From the NCBI GenBank assembly GCA_963691875.1, contig OY829846.1:2336001-2400000 (forward strand): 64,000 nucleotides of DNA, in the 5' to 3' direction. The position numbers and the translations under genes were made by a program. Below, one piece after another: positions 10,042 through 20,017 of the stretch. The notes below the pieces were generated by a model that worked only from the letters and a program-made list of their open reading frames with translations, had not been told where the DNA came from and did not search any database. Each line of letters opens with the position of its first letter. Positions within the stretch are counted from its first letter, which is position 1. Source of the stretch: Aureliella sp. GTDB taxonomy: Bacteria; Planctomycetota; Planctomycetia; Pirellulales; Pirellulaceae.

Positions 10042-11427
10042 ATGGCGAATCCTTCGGATATCACCGTTCATGAAGTAAGCAATTCGACTCGTAATTTTGT
10101 CTATCGACAACCCATGAAATTTGGCGGGCGCGTGGTCGAAGACGTTTGCGTTCTCCGGACAGAAGTCACGGTGACGCGAGCTGCTACCAAGAAAAAAGTC
10201 AAAGGTATCGGCGAAATGACCATGGGCAATGCTTGGGCGTGGCCAAGCAAGATCCCTGGTAAAATCACTCTGCGACTGATGAATGAGTTGGCCAACCGGG
10301 TTGCCGCTCGAGCTCAAGAGGCTGATCTACAAGGCGACCCGCTTCAGATCAGCCATCGAATTAAAGACATTCGCAACGCGGTCGTCTCTGAAATGCAAGT
10401 TGAGTACAAGATTCAGGAGCCTATTCCTGAGTTGGCGGGCATGGTGGCAACCAGTCCACTCGACGCGGCAATTCACGATGCCTATGGCCGAGCTCTCGGC
10501 GCCAACAGCTTCCAGTGCATGACGGCGGATTACCTCAACGAGGATTTGAGTGCATATCTGGGTGATGAGTTCGTCGGCAAGTACCCCGGCGACTACCTCT
10601 CCGATGCACCCAAATCAACAATGCCACTGTATCACTTGGTTGGTGCCCTGGATCCACTAAGCAAAGATGACCAGCAAGAAGTTCTCAATGATGGATATCC
10701 AGAAACACTCGAAGAGTGGCTACATAAAGATGGTGTTACACACCTAAAAATCAAGCTAGCTGGCAACAACATTGACTGGGATGTAGGCCGCATTGTGGAA
10801 GTCACTCGAATCTGTGAACGTGTAGCTTCCGAGCGAAATTGGAAGTTATCTTTCGATTTTAATGAACAGTGCCCGAACGAAGATTACGTGCTCGATTTAC
10901 TCGAGCGAATAGAGCGACTCAGCAAGCCATCCTTTGATCGTCTGCAGTACATCGAACAGCCGACGCCGCGTGATCTGACTCAACGCACTGAAATGACGGT
11001 TCACCGGATTGCTCGCATTCGCCCGGTCGTCATCGACGAGTCGCTCACTGGAGCTGAGAGCCTCAAGCTGGCTCGTCAGCGGGGTTATACCGGCTTGGCG
11101 TTGAAAGCATGCAAGGGCCAAAGCGAGTCTTTAATCATGGGCTCAGCGGGGGCGGAATACAGCATGTTCACTTGTGTGCAAGATTTGACTTGCATCGGAG
11201 CATCCTTCTTGCATTCAGCGGCCGTCGCGGCGCGTTTTCCCAAGGTCGCTGCCATCGAAGGTAATGGTCGGCAGTATTGCCCGATCGGCAACGAAGCGTA
11301 CATGAAAGACTATGCTCCCATGTTCCGCGTGCGTTATGGAACTGTGCCTACGGAGCTTCTTGATGGGCCAGGACTTGGCTTCGACTGGAAGCCTCTCGGT
11401 GAGGACGATCCGCAATCCGAAGAATAG
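10042..11427 (+). CDS. Mandelate racemase/muconate lactonizing enzyme (enolase superfamily) protein
   Basis: KxK motif (HLKIKL) and metal ligands in DFNE, YIEQP and VIDES; N-terminal capping domain (LDAAIHDAYGR). Confidence 0.85.
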   Translation: MANPSDITVHEVSNSTRNFVYRQPMKFGGRVVEDVCVLRTEVTVTRAATKKKVKGIGEMTMGNAWAWPSKIPGKITLRLMNELANRVAARAQEADLQGDPLQISHRIKDIRNAVVSEMQVEYKIQEPIPELAGMVATSPLDAAIHDAYGRALGANSFQCMTADYLNEDLSAYLGDEFVGKYPGDYLSDAPKSTMPLYHLVGALDPLSKDDQQEVLNDGYPETLEEWLHKDGVTHLKIKLAGNNIDWDVGRIVEVTRICERVASERNWKLSFDFNEQCPNEDYVLDLLERIERLSKPSFDRLQYIEQPTPRDLTQRTEMTVHRIARIRPVVIDESLTGAESLKLARQRGYTGLALKACKGQSESLIMGSAGAEYSMFTCVQDLTCIGASFLHSAAVAARFPKVAAIEGNGRQYCPIGNEAYMKDYAPMFRVRYGTVPTELLDGPGLGFDWKPLGEDDPQSEE

Positions 11428-12078
11428 TTTTCAATTCGTCGTGTTTTTTATCGGCTGTTAACGCGTGAAACGCTGTTACGCGTCCATCCAACACGACGGT
11501 TTTCCGAAGCCCAAGCCGATTTCATTCGCAAATCAGTGTCCGATCGATCACTCTTGCATTGTGCCATCGGCTTCAATCCTTCGAGTAAGTACATGCCTTC
11601 ATAGCCAGAGTCATCTTCGACAATCGAACAATCTATTTTGGCATATTCGAGCAATGCAATTGCACCACCGTCCCCGTCAATTGGGGCGTCACTCAGAACC
11701 GATGTTTGCATCTTTATCCATTTCAATGCGTTACTATCGGAAACGCATGAATGCCTAGAGGACTTCTTTCACTTTCCCTTTTTGGGAGCGTCGGAGAAGT
11801 TGTCCATGGTGACCCGAGGAACTAGCAGTTCGTTGCCAGAGAACCCGCCAGTTTGCCTTTGACGGTCGTATTGTAGCATTTGGGCAGAGGCGATCTCTGG
11901 TGATTTGCCCTTCACATGACTGCGGGATAAGTGCAGGGATTCGAAACGAGAAGCTGGGGCCGGACCACGAGCACGACGCTCAAGCGAGATCACAGGCTCA
12001 AGGCGCTTGATATGCACCCCGCGCTCGAAAATAATTGTAATTGTCAGTAAAAGTCGCTACTGGATCTCAGACCGCAAA

Positions 12079-14904
12079 ATGCGCTTCCTATCTCTTGCAC
12101 TTTCGCTCTATTTTCTGTGTTGGGGCACCTGGGCCCAACCATATCCCCACGCTGCGCAGACGAACGAGCTTTTCACAAAGTACTGCCTCGGTTGCCATGA
12201 AGGCCCCGATGCGGAGGGAAACCTGGATCTATCCGAATTGCTAGCCAGAGAACAATTCGATAACACACTCATTTTCGAAAACGTCGCGACTGAGAAAATG
12301 CCACCTGCCGAAGCGGATGCTCCTGCGCCAGCTGAGCGAGAAAAAATATTGAAGTGGCTGGCGAATCAACAACCTGCTTCTATCCCCCGGCCGTTCCGCA
12401 GAATTAGTCGCTATGAGTTTGTGCATAGCATCAATGATCTACTTGGCACAGAGCTTGATCTTGCGTTCGGAATCCCTGAAGACCGCGGCACCAACACGTT
12501 TGATTCCAATCGGCGTATTCAGCTGAGTCCCGATATGCTTGGCAGCTACTTTGCAGTCGCTGATGAGATGTTAGAGCATGCTTTGCCCCAAATGGGCTTT
12601 GTCAAAGAACAGACATGGGTGACAGACAAGCTCTTGGATAGTCACGAAACCTACAATATTTACTTGAAAGACTACAAAGAGGGAACGCTATTCTCTTGGA
12701 CTCGAGCGAACAACGGAAACAGCTATTCTTTCTTCTATGACAACTTTAACCCGCCGGCTGCGGGCTGGTACGAGCTTACGTTTGAGTCAGCTAAGGTTGG
12801 CGACCTAAACGGTGATGCCAGCCTTCAGGTTCACGCAGGCAAGTACTACTACGCCGACGATCGTCCTCAGCCTCAACGACTATTGGATGTGATCTCATTG
12901 GGCAGCGATGAACTTGAGTCACAGACGATTCGTGCTTTCTTGCGGCCAGGAGAAAATGTCTCGGTGCACTGCTTCCACAAGGATAACTTTCGGGAGAAGG
13001 CTCCGAAACGCGGCGTTTACATTCGACGGCTGACGGCACGCGGGCCGCTTCAAGACACATGGCCACCGCGAAGATACAAATCGTTATTCGGCGATTTACC
13101 ACTCTCGATCAAGCCACAAAATGCCGCTCAAGTCAGCAGCGAGACAGAGACAAACGCGTCTTCAACCCAAGCTTTGCGTTACCGCTCAAATCTGGAAAAG
13201 ATTGGCGGCTCGATTTCAGTGAGCAGTTTTCAACCAGGGATGGAAAAAGAGAATATGCTGGACGGGTCCAATCGGACCTTTTGGCACACGCGCTTCGAGC
13301 CGACTCTCGCGAAACCGCCGCATTTTATTGTCATTAAGAACCCGAATCGATTTGAGATCACGGGACTTTCCTATGCGACTTGGACTGGAGGTAACGGTAA
13401 TGGACAAGTAGAGAAGTTCGAGGTCTACACCTCCGAGAACGGGGTGGAATGGGGAACTCCTATTTGCACCGGAGAGCTAGAAACGCGCCTTGCGAACGAG
13501 CAGCCGATCTCCTTCCCGGAACCGATAGCAGCGAGGTTTATCAAGTTAGTTGCGACGGAGTCATTCAGTCTCGACGGTCGCTCTTTAGCTTCCATCGGCA
13601 AGTTGGATGTAATCGCTTCGATCGATGTGAATCTCACCAAGAAGCTTGTCGCGATTGAGTCAAGAAATTCAGAAGATTTGCGACAAGTCGTTAAGCGTTT
13701 CGCCGAGCGTGCGTTTTCATCCAACTTGACCGTGTCTGAGCTGCAGCCCTACTTTGATGTCGCGGAACGAGTGTTTCAAAGGGACGGGGATTTTATTGAA
13801 GCCGCCAAGGCTGGATTCAAAGCGGTGATGTGCTCGCACCGCTTTCTGTTGGCTCCAGGCGAGCATTCAAGTAGAGAGCTGGCAAAAAAAGCAGCACTCA
13901 TTCGCATACTTTGGCTGTCTGTTCCGGACGAGCAACTTATTGCGTCAGACCTGTCACTGCGTGGACAAATCGAGCTAGCGCTGGCTGATGAACGCTCGAA
14001 TCGGATGGTCCGGTCGCTCTGTGAGCAGTGGTTGAATTTAAGGGCTTGGAAGACCATAGCTCCATCGCTGAAGCTCTACCCGCTGTACGATGACTTGCTT
14101 GAACACTACTTGCCACTCGAGACCACTGCCTACTTGGCGTACCTTATTCGAGAGAATCGTCCTGCGGGTGAATTGATTGATTCCGACTATTCCTTCCTCA
14201 ATCAGCGACTGGCCGATCACTACGGAATCGAGGGTATCTTAGGACAACACCTGCGGAGAGTTCAATTCGAGATGGACACTCCGCGTGGCGGCCTGCTCAC
14301 GATGGGCAGTGTCATGAAAGTGACGACAGACGGTTTTCAGACTTCCCCCATTCTTCGTGGAGCTTGGATCTCCAAGAACATTTTAGGCACCCCCCTTTCT
14401 CCTCCCCCCGATTCCGTCCAAGCCATCGAACCCGAGATGTCCGCAGGGTCTACTTCTTTGCGTGAACAAATCGAATTGCACAAAGAGAGTCAGACTTGCA
14501 ATGCTTGCCACAAGAGTATTGACCCCTACGGCTTTGCACTTGAGAACTACGATGCAACGGGAAGATGGCGAAACAACTATCAGCAGAAATTGCCGCACAA
14601 GAATACTTTCAAATACCGGCCCCGAGGCTATTTCCGATTGGCGGGGGAAGTCGACTCGGCTGGAGTTGTCGGCGATCAAGAGTTCGCCGATATTCATGGA
14701 CTCAAGCGGCTACTGCTCACGAATGACCGCAAGGTCGCGTACAATTTCGCAAAGAAGTTTTTTGAGTACGCCAACGGCTACGAGCCTAGTCTGACGCAAC
14801 GAATAGGTTTGCTAGAGATGACATCCGGAGAGTGCCGGATGCGAGATATTGTCATCAATGTACTCGAGCATTCGCTGGAAAACTCGGCAGGTAGAGGTAG
14901 ATAG
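12079..14904 (+). CDS. DUF1592/1588/1587/1585/1595 protein with N-terminal cytochrome c motif and an inserted F5/8 type C (discoidin) domain
   Basis: CLGCH haem motif, RRISRYEFVHSINDLLG, RGGLLT...TSPILRGAW and CNACHKSIDPYGFALE; internal MLDGSNRTFWHT...ARFIKLVA. Start placed at MRFLSLALS. Confidence 0.88.
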   Translation: MRFLSLALSLYFLCWGTWAQPYPHAAQTNELFTKYCLGCHEGPDAEGNLDLSELLAREQFDNTLIFENVATEKMPPAEADAPAPAEREKILKWLANQQPASIPRPFRRISRYEFVHSINDLLGTELDLAFGIPEDRGTNTFDSNRRIQLSPDMLGSYFAVADEMLEHALPQMGFVKEQTWVTDKLLDSHETYNIYLKDYKEGTLFSWTRANNGNSYSFFYDNFNPPAAGWYELTFESAKVGDLNGDASLQVHAGKYYYADDRPQPQRLLDVISLGSDELESQTIRAFLRPGENVSVHCFHKDNFREKAPKRGVYIRRLTARGPLQDTWPPRRYKSLFGDLPLSIKPQNAAQVSSETETNASSTQALRYRSNLEKIGGSISVSSFQPGMEKENMLDGSNRTFWHTRFEPTLAKPPHFIVIKNPNRFEITGLSYATWTGGNGNGQVEKFEVYTSENGVEWGTPICTGELETRLANEQPISFPEPIAARFIKLVATESFSLDGRSLASIGKLDVIASIDVNLTKKLVAIESRNSEDLRQVVKRFAERAFSSNLTVSELQPYFDVAERVFQRDGDFIEAAKAGFKAVMCSHRFLLAPGEHSSRELAKKAALIRILWLSVPDEQLIASDLSLRGQIELALADERSNRMVRSLCEQWLNLRAWKTIAPSLKLYPLYDDLLEHYLPLETTAYLAYLIRENRPAGELIDSDYSFLNQRLADHYGIEGILGQHLRRVQFEMDTPRGGLLTMGSVMKVTTDGFQTSPILRGAWISKNILGTPLSPPPDSVQAIEPEMSAGSTSLREQIELHKESQTCNACHKSIDPYGFALENYDATGRWRNNYQQKLPHKNTFKYRPRGYFRLAGEVDSAGVVGDQEFADIHGLKRLLLTNDRKVAYNFAKKFFEYANGYEPSLTQRIGLLEMTSGECRMRDIVINVLEHSLENSAGRGR

Positions 14905-14911
14905 AGTCGCG

Positions 14912-16150
14912 ATGAGAAGAATAGATCGCAGGAATCTGCTGCATTTTGGGGCCGCCCTACCGCTGGCGTTGCATTCGCTAGCCAATCGTTCGGAAGCTAG
15001 GTCGAATTCAATCAAGGCGAAAAAGCGGATTATCTTCATCTGCAACTCGCTGGGATTCTACAGGCCAAACTTCTTCCCTACCGAACGCGGAAACCTTGAA
15101 TCTTCCAAGTACTTAAGTGGCCTTGCAAACCGAGAGAAGCTGACCGTCTTTCAAAACTTGTTTCATCCCGGAATGGAGACTAGCAATCACGACTCAGAGA
15201 AATCGTACCTTACAGGAGCGGCAAAACCGGAAGCTCCCAATTTTGCAAATACAATTTCCGTGGACCAAATACTAGCGAAACACATCGGCGGGGATACTCG
15301 CTTTCCCTTTCTGTCATTTAGTATCTACGATCGCGGCTGGGGCTGTTCCTGGAACGACCAAGGTGTGGCCATTCCTCCGATGCATGATACAAACCAGATT
15401 TTCAATAAGCTTTTCGGTGAAGAAGATCTAAGCGCGAAACGGCGTCAGATTCGAAACGATCAAAAAATTGTAGATTGCCTACATCACGACATGCGGCGGC
15501 TTGAAGACCATGGCACCCGTGAGGCTAAAGCAAAGATTGCGACCTACCGCAAAGTGATAGGCGAATTGGAAAAGCGGCTCGCTCACGAGGCATTTTGGCT
15601 AAAGACGCAAAAGCCTAACATCCCAAACACGCTTAGCAGAGATTCTGAGTTTGCGTTCTCGACGAAGGTCAGTAACCTTCTCCAACTCGCCAAGCTCGCT
15701 TTTCAAACGGATTCGACACGCATCATCACACTCTCGTTGGACTGGATTTATGGAGCCATCCAGGTTCCAGGCGCAACAGGAGGTTGGCATACACTTTCTC
15801 ATCACGGAGGGAGGCCCGAAGTGATCGATAAGTTGACGCGAATCGAAATGGACATCATCAAGCATTTAAATCAGTTTCTCATCACGCTTGCCGAAACTCC
15901 AGATGGCAATGGAACGCTACTCGACCATACGACCGTCGTTGTCGGTAGCAATTTTGGAGATTCCTCCAATCACACGTGCAACAATCTTCCCACATTCGTC
16001 GCCGGCGGCGGAATGCGGCATCATGCACATCGAGTTTTGGACAAGCCAACGCCGCTCTGTAACCTCTGGTTAGATCTCCTCCAATGTCACGATGTGGACA
16101 TTGGTAAGTTCGGCAGTAGTGACGAGAACTCAAAACTGTTCCCGGTCTAA
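14912..16150 (+). CDS. DUF1552 domain protein (Tat-type signal)
   Basis: IDRRNLL, TISVDQILA, LAFQTDSTRI, WHTLSHHG, TLLDHT and PLCNLW; this is the usual partner of DUF1592 genes. Confidence 0.9.
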   Translation: MRRIDRRNLLHFGAALPLALHSLANRSEARSNSIKAKKRIIFICNSLGFYRPNFFPTERGNLESSKYLSGLANREKLTVFQNLFHPGMETSNHDSEKSYLTGAAKPEAPNFANTISVDQILAKHIGGDTRFPFLSFSIYDRGWGCSWNDQGVAIPPMHDTNQIFNKLFGEEDLSAKRRQIRNDQKIVDCLHHDMRRLEDHGTREAKAKIATYRKVIGELEKRLAHEAFWLKTQKPNIPNTLSRDSEFAFSTKVSNLLQLAKLAFQTDSTRIITLSLDWIYGAIQVPGATGGWHTLSHHGGRPEVIDKLTRIEMDIIKHLNQFLITLAETPDGNGTLLDHTTVVVGSNFGDSSNHTCNNLPTFVAGGGMRHHAHRVLDKPTPLCNLWLDLLQCHDVDIGKFGSSDENSKLFPV

Positions 16151-16478
16151 CATTGTCTTCATTAGCTCCTCCGAAAGCACCAACATGTTGCTTCGGGGAA
16201 GGCGGCATTCCGTGGACTGTCTGATGACAGGCATACAAGCCTATGCCGGTGGGTTGGTTTGCAGGGGATGTTGTTATAGCAAGCCGTATTGCAGAGCGGC
16301 GTCGGACTTTCGTCAGCAGACGGAATGCGTCGCAGACATTCCGCATCAATGCACCGGCGGCTAGCTCCCAAGCCGCCTTGTACCGTTGTCCTGCAATTGT
16401 TCAACAAATCCTGATGACGACAAATCTTTGATCTGTTAAGATTGGAGTACTGTTCTTTAGTCTTTCTAGGCGGCGAAA

Positions 16479-17069
16479 ATGACAAGATGTTTCTTACTGC
16501 TGGCACTGGTTCTCAGCTTTGCAGGTTGCGGAGAGCGAGAACAGTCACAGAATATAGCACAAGGTGAGACCAGTTTAGCCAACGCCCCTAGCTCTACGGA
16601 ACCGGCGGCGGATGAGCCAGCAAGTCAAGAAAAACTGGATGCGAGAGCGGTCTTGTTGGCCGCAACCGTGAAGGCTAAAGACGAAGACAAACGTGTTCTT
16701 GTTCACCTTGGTGCCCCCTGGTGAGGCTGGTGCGGAAGACTCGAGAAGTTTCTCGAACAGAATGAAGAATTTTTTGCAGCCGAATTCGTCATGCTGAAGA
16801 TTGACGTTGATGAAATGACGAATGGTCAAGCTGTCGCCACCGAACTTGGCGGTGGAGGTGAAGGTTTGCCCTGGATGACAATCCTCGACTCGACTGGGAA
16901 AGAGCTTGTCAATTCAGTCGGCCCGACAGGCAATATTGGCTGCCCAGTCGGTGACGAAGAACGAGCGCACTTTTTGGCGATGCTTGGCAAGACGATACAG
17001 CGTGCTACGCCGGAGGAGTTGAAGCAAATCGAAGCCAACTTGGCAGCGTACGCTAACAAACTTCGATAG
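16479..17069 (+). CDS. Thioredoxin-fold lipoprotein with in-frame TGA at the first active-site Cys (candidate UxxC selenoprotein, 196 aa)
   Basis: ORFs 16479-16724 and 16791-17069 share a frame and are separated only by TGA 16722-16724: KRVLVHLGAPW*GWCGRLEKFL...LKIDVD...GLPWMTILD...NIGCP. Lipobox SFAGC. Confidence 0.8.
16725..16781 (+). promoter_or_regulatory. Candidate bacterial SECIS element
   Basis: Perfect stem TCGAGA (16741-46) / TCTCGA (16751-56) with loop AGTT, 22 nt after the UGA. A lower stem is possible between TGCGGAAGA and TTTTTTGCA, and between GGC and GCC. Confidence 0.55.
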
Positions 17070-17583
17070 TAACTGGCTCCAATTCCTACCACAAGCTAGG
17101 AATGCGGTCCTAGAACTTGCTGTGTCTGCTTCACGGACCGTTCGCAAGGCAAAGCTATTTCAGTGAGGCCTTTGATTGCACTTGAGTGTAACGGCGACGG
17201 TCGATTTTCCGGTAGCTGCCTCAGCCTCAATCGCGGTACAGAGTAAAGCCTAGATGATACCTGCATCGCGCAATAGTCTTGGGTGAATTTGAAAGCAGGC
17301 CGTTCAGCGACTTGCTCGCTTACTTCTTGATAGCGACTGGTCAATAAGTTTGCATCAACATCAGGAATCGCCAAAACTAGAGTAGCAATACCACTTTTCG
17401 AAACGATCGTCTGAAGATTCAAGCCCCCTCACTCGATGCAACACGATGTACTTTTAGCGTGACGCTTTGAACCCAAAATGAGCGATCTTGGGGACGTCCC
17501 ATTTCTTGTTGAGACGTCCGGCGAGCCTACTTGCTAGCAACTCAATAGTGCTTTGGCTTATTCGCAATTGATTGCAATCATTT

Positions 17584-18141
17584 TCAATTCGGGACTTTAT
17601 TGCTCAGTCGCTTCCATACCCTCTGAGCGTAAACTTTGTCTTTCCCCGATTCTTGGTCCGTGTAACGCATGCCTTCCGGTGTGACTTCCCAAACCTGTTT
17701 CCCTGACTCTGAAGTCATTACCATGCTATCCCCTTCAAAACGGATATCATAAACCCGTTCGCCTTCGAAAGGCCCGCCCTGTTGCAAGGTAGATTGCGAT
17801 GCGTCGCCTTTTATGGTGGTGAATTCAGGATAGGTGTAATGAAATTTCCCGTCTTTGAAATAGCCATACCCCCATCCGACCAGAGAGGTCATTTGTTTTG
17901 AGTCGACTCGGTTGTGGATGATACACATCGTCTTGCCATCGACGAATGCCCATCTTCCACTGATCGCTGGCGGCTTATGCACATCGCTTCCATCGTTCCA
18001 AGAAACTGTTTCGTAAATCCCGCTCATTAGTAGGAACGCTTTTCGATCCAGTTTCCTTTTACCTTTTTTTGCGTCGGTATCTTGAGCGGGGCTTATGGAA
18101 GCCAAGTTAAAAATAATCAAAGCGATGAGTAGGAGTCGCAT
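17584..18141 (-). CDS. Hypothetical secreted protein (beta-rich, possibly lipocalin-like)
   Basis: 185-aa ORF with signal peptide MRLLLIALIIFNLASISPAQD and AGGAGG upstream. Confidence 0.7.
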   Translation of the reverse strand: MRLLLIALIIFNLASISPAQDTDAKKGKRKLDRKAFLLMSGIYETVSWNDGSDVHKPPAISGRWAFVDGKTMCIIHNRVDSKQMTSLVGWGYGYFKDGKFHYTYPEFTTIKGDASQSTLQQGGPFEGERVYDIRFEGDSMVMTSESGKQVWEVTPEGMRYTDQESGKDKVYAQRVWKRLSNKVPN

Positions 18142-18449
18142 CAGATTCCTCCCTAGGAGCGTGGTTACCAGTTCGACAATGTTTCGTTTCGCAGGCGTAA
18201 GAACATACCAACTTCCAGCGGCAATTTATATCACCACTGTGCGGGCGAGTGCAGCATACATTGACGGGCCTACGGACGTCTTTTTCATTTTAACACATTT
18301 GCCTCACCCCATGCTCAATCGCTATTGTCGGATTCGATATTTGCTAGTTTGATCAGTCAAGTTCCCTAGAATCCCTCTTGGCCAGAAGCACAGCTTCAGA
18401 CCTTGTCTCTAAGATGCACCGCCATCTCGATCCAAACGATTCCTTGCCT

Positions 18450-19430
18450 CTTTTAGGCGGCCAGCGTGAACTAGAGAAAGGTACGCAATAGGAGCTTTTG
18501 CGTAAACTTTTAGCGAAGAAATCTGGCGATGCAGGCGGGGATATCCCATTTATTGTTGAAATGTCTGATGATCCTACTTGATAGAAACTTACAGATGCTT
18601 TGGCTCACCATCAGTTGATCACCGTCATTTTCGATCGCCAAGGCGATTGAAAATTTCGGGGAAGGCGATCAGGTGATGAGTTCAAGCCACGAGAGGGCGG
18701 CAACCATGTGCGGTAGCGTTTGATGTGCTGAGATCTTGCGGATGTCCTTCTCCGCTTCGAGGAACGCGTAGGACAAACGGCAAGATGTTGCTTCCGACTC
18801 CGTAGGAGAGCGCGTTACATGACCTATCTTCCGACATATATTCCAAAATGAGTCTGAATCGCATTGGTGCTTAGTATTGAGCTATGCAGTGTCAGCAGGT
18901 CTTCGCAGGCCTCCTTGAAGTTTCGAAACGCTCCGAATTGATCGGTTCCCAAATGGACTTCAGTTCGCGAAGCAATTCGTCCGCCGCTTGAGGCCCCTGA
19001 ACACTACGTAGCCGAGTAAACAAACCTGACACTTCGCCCCAATAACGCTTGGTGCGTTTCCTTTTGAGGTTTCGTTCTTTTTGAACCAAGCAACTTTGGA
19101 CGGCACTGACGTTGAAGAATTTCTGTACGAGGCCTTGCAGACCGTCGAGAACGACGTTCCAGCGATGCTCGCATCGGAAACCTCGTTTTACGATTTGCCC
19201 TAACCATTCACCTTTGATCGCAAGGCTTTCGCTGCTCCCGAGGGCAAAATTCGAGATGTGCTTGTTGCCGCTGGCACCGATCCCAAGTTCGGCGAAGGCT
19301 GTCTATTCATTGCTCAAGCAGATGCTACCGAGCATCAAACCACACCACCTCGCCTGACCAAGAGCCTTGCTTCGCGGTTCATCAACATACTTTGGCCAAA
19401 GTCGCGAAACAGGCAAACGCTTCACTGACG
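18450..19430 (+). pseudogene. Possible decayed gene remnant
   Basis: Protein-like frames broken by stops, e.g. ...NQATLDGTDVEEFLYEALQTVENDVPAMLASETSFYDLP*(TAA 19201)PFTFDRKAFAAPEGKIRDVLVAAG... No family was recognised. Confidence 0.35.
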
Positions 19431-20017
19431 GAGATTGGGGGATTCTCTTCGATAGCTCGCGTCCTGCCCCCTGGAACAATCGACTGCACAATCAGAACCT
19501 ATAGCAGTTGAGGATCGTTAGCGACCGTGTAGCTGGTGAGTTCGACTTTGCGGCTGGTACCGTCAGCTGCTCTTTGACGGTCTCGTGAACAAAAGACTTT
19601 TCCCTTTGCACCCTCCATCAGCACACACCCTGAAGCAGTAGCAGCATGGAAATCCTACAGCGATGGGGGATAGCGTTTGGACCGGCCAAGTTCCGTGACC
19701 TCCGCCGCCATGACTTTGGAGATCACCTCCCGCACACGGCCTCGCAAGAAGTCGCGAAGCACGCTCGTCTCCGCAGGAGCCAGCCAAACCAATCGTTAAG
19801 TAGGAAGCAACGCTGAAACCAGTAAATGCGGTGGCCCCATAGCCGACTTAGTCCAAGCTCAGATAGAAATCTGCACAAAATCAACTCGCGCACGTTTGAT
19901 ACAAAATCACGATCGTAGCGCTATGCACAGTTCGACGTGGAGGATCAATCGGAATCTGGTAAATCAGCTGCTCCGCGAGAACTTCATTGGTCTGGCAGAG
20001 AGCCACGGGTTGCCGAC

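Noticed and set aside
16791..17069. Independent 92-aa gene
   Set aside because: It begins mid thioredoxin fold with no clear RBS and is better explained as the C-terminal half of the TGA-containing gene.
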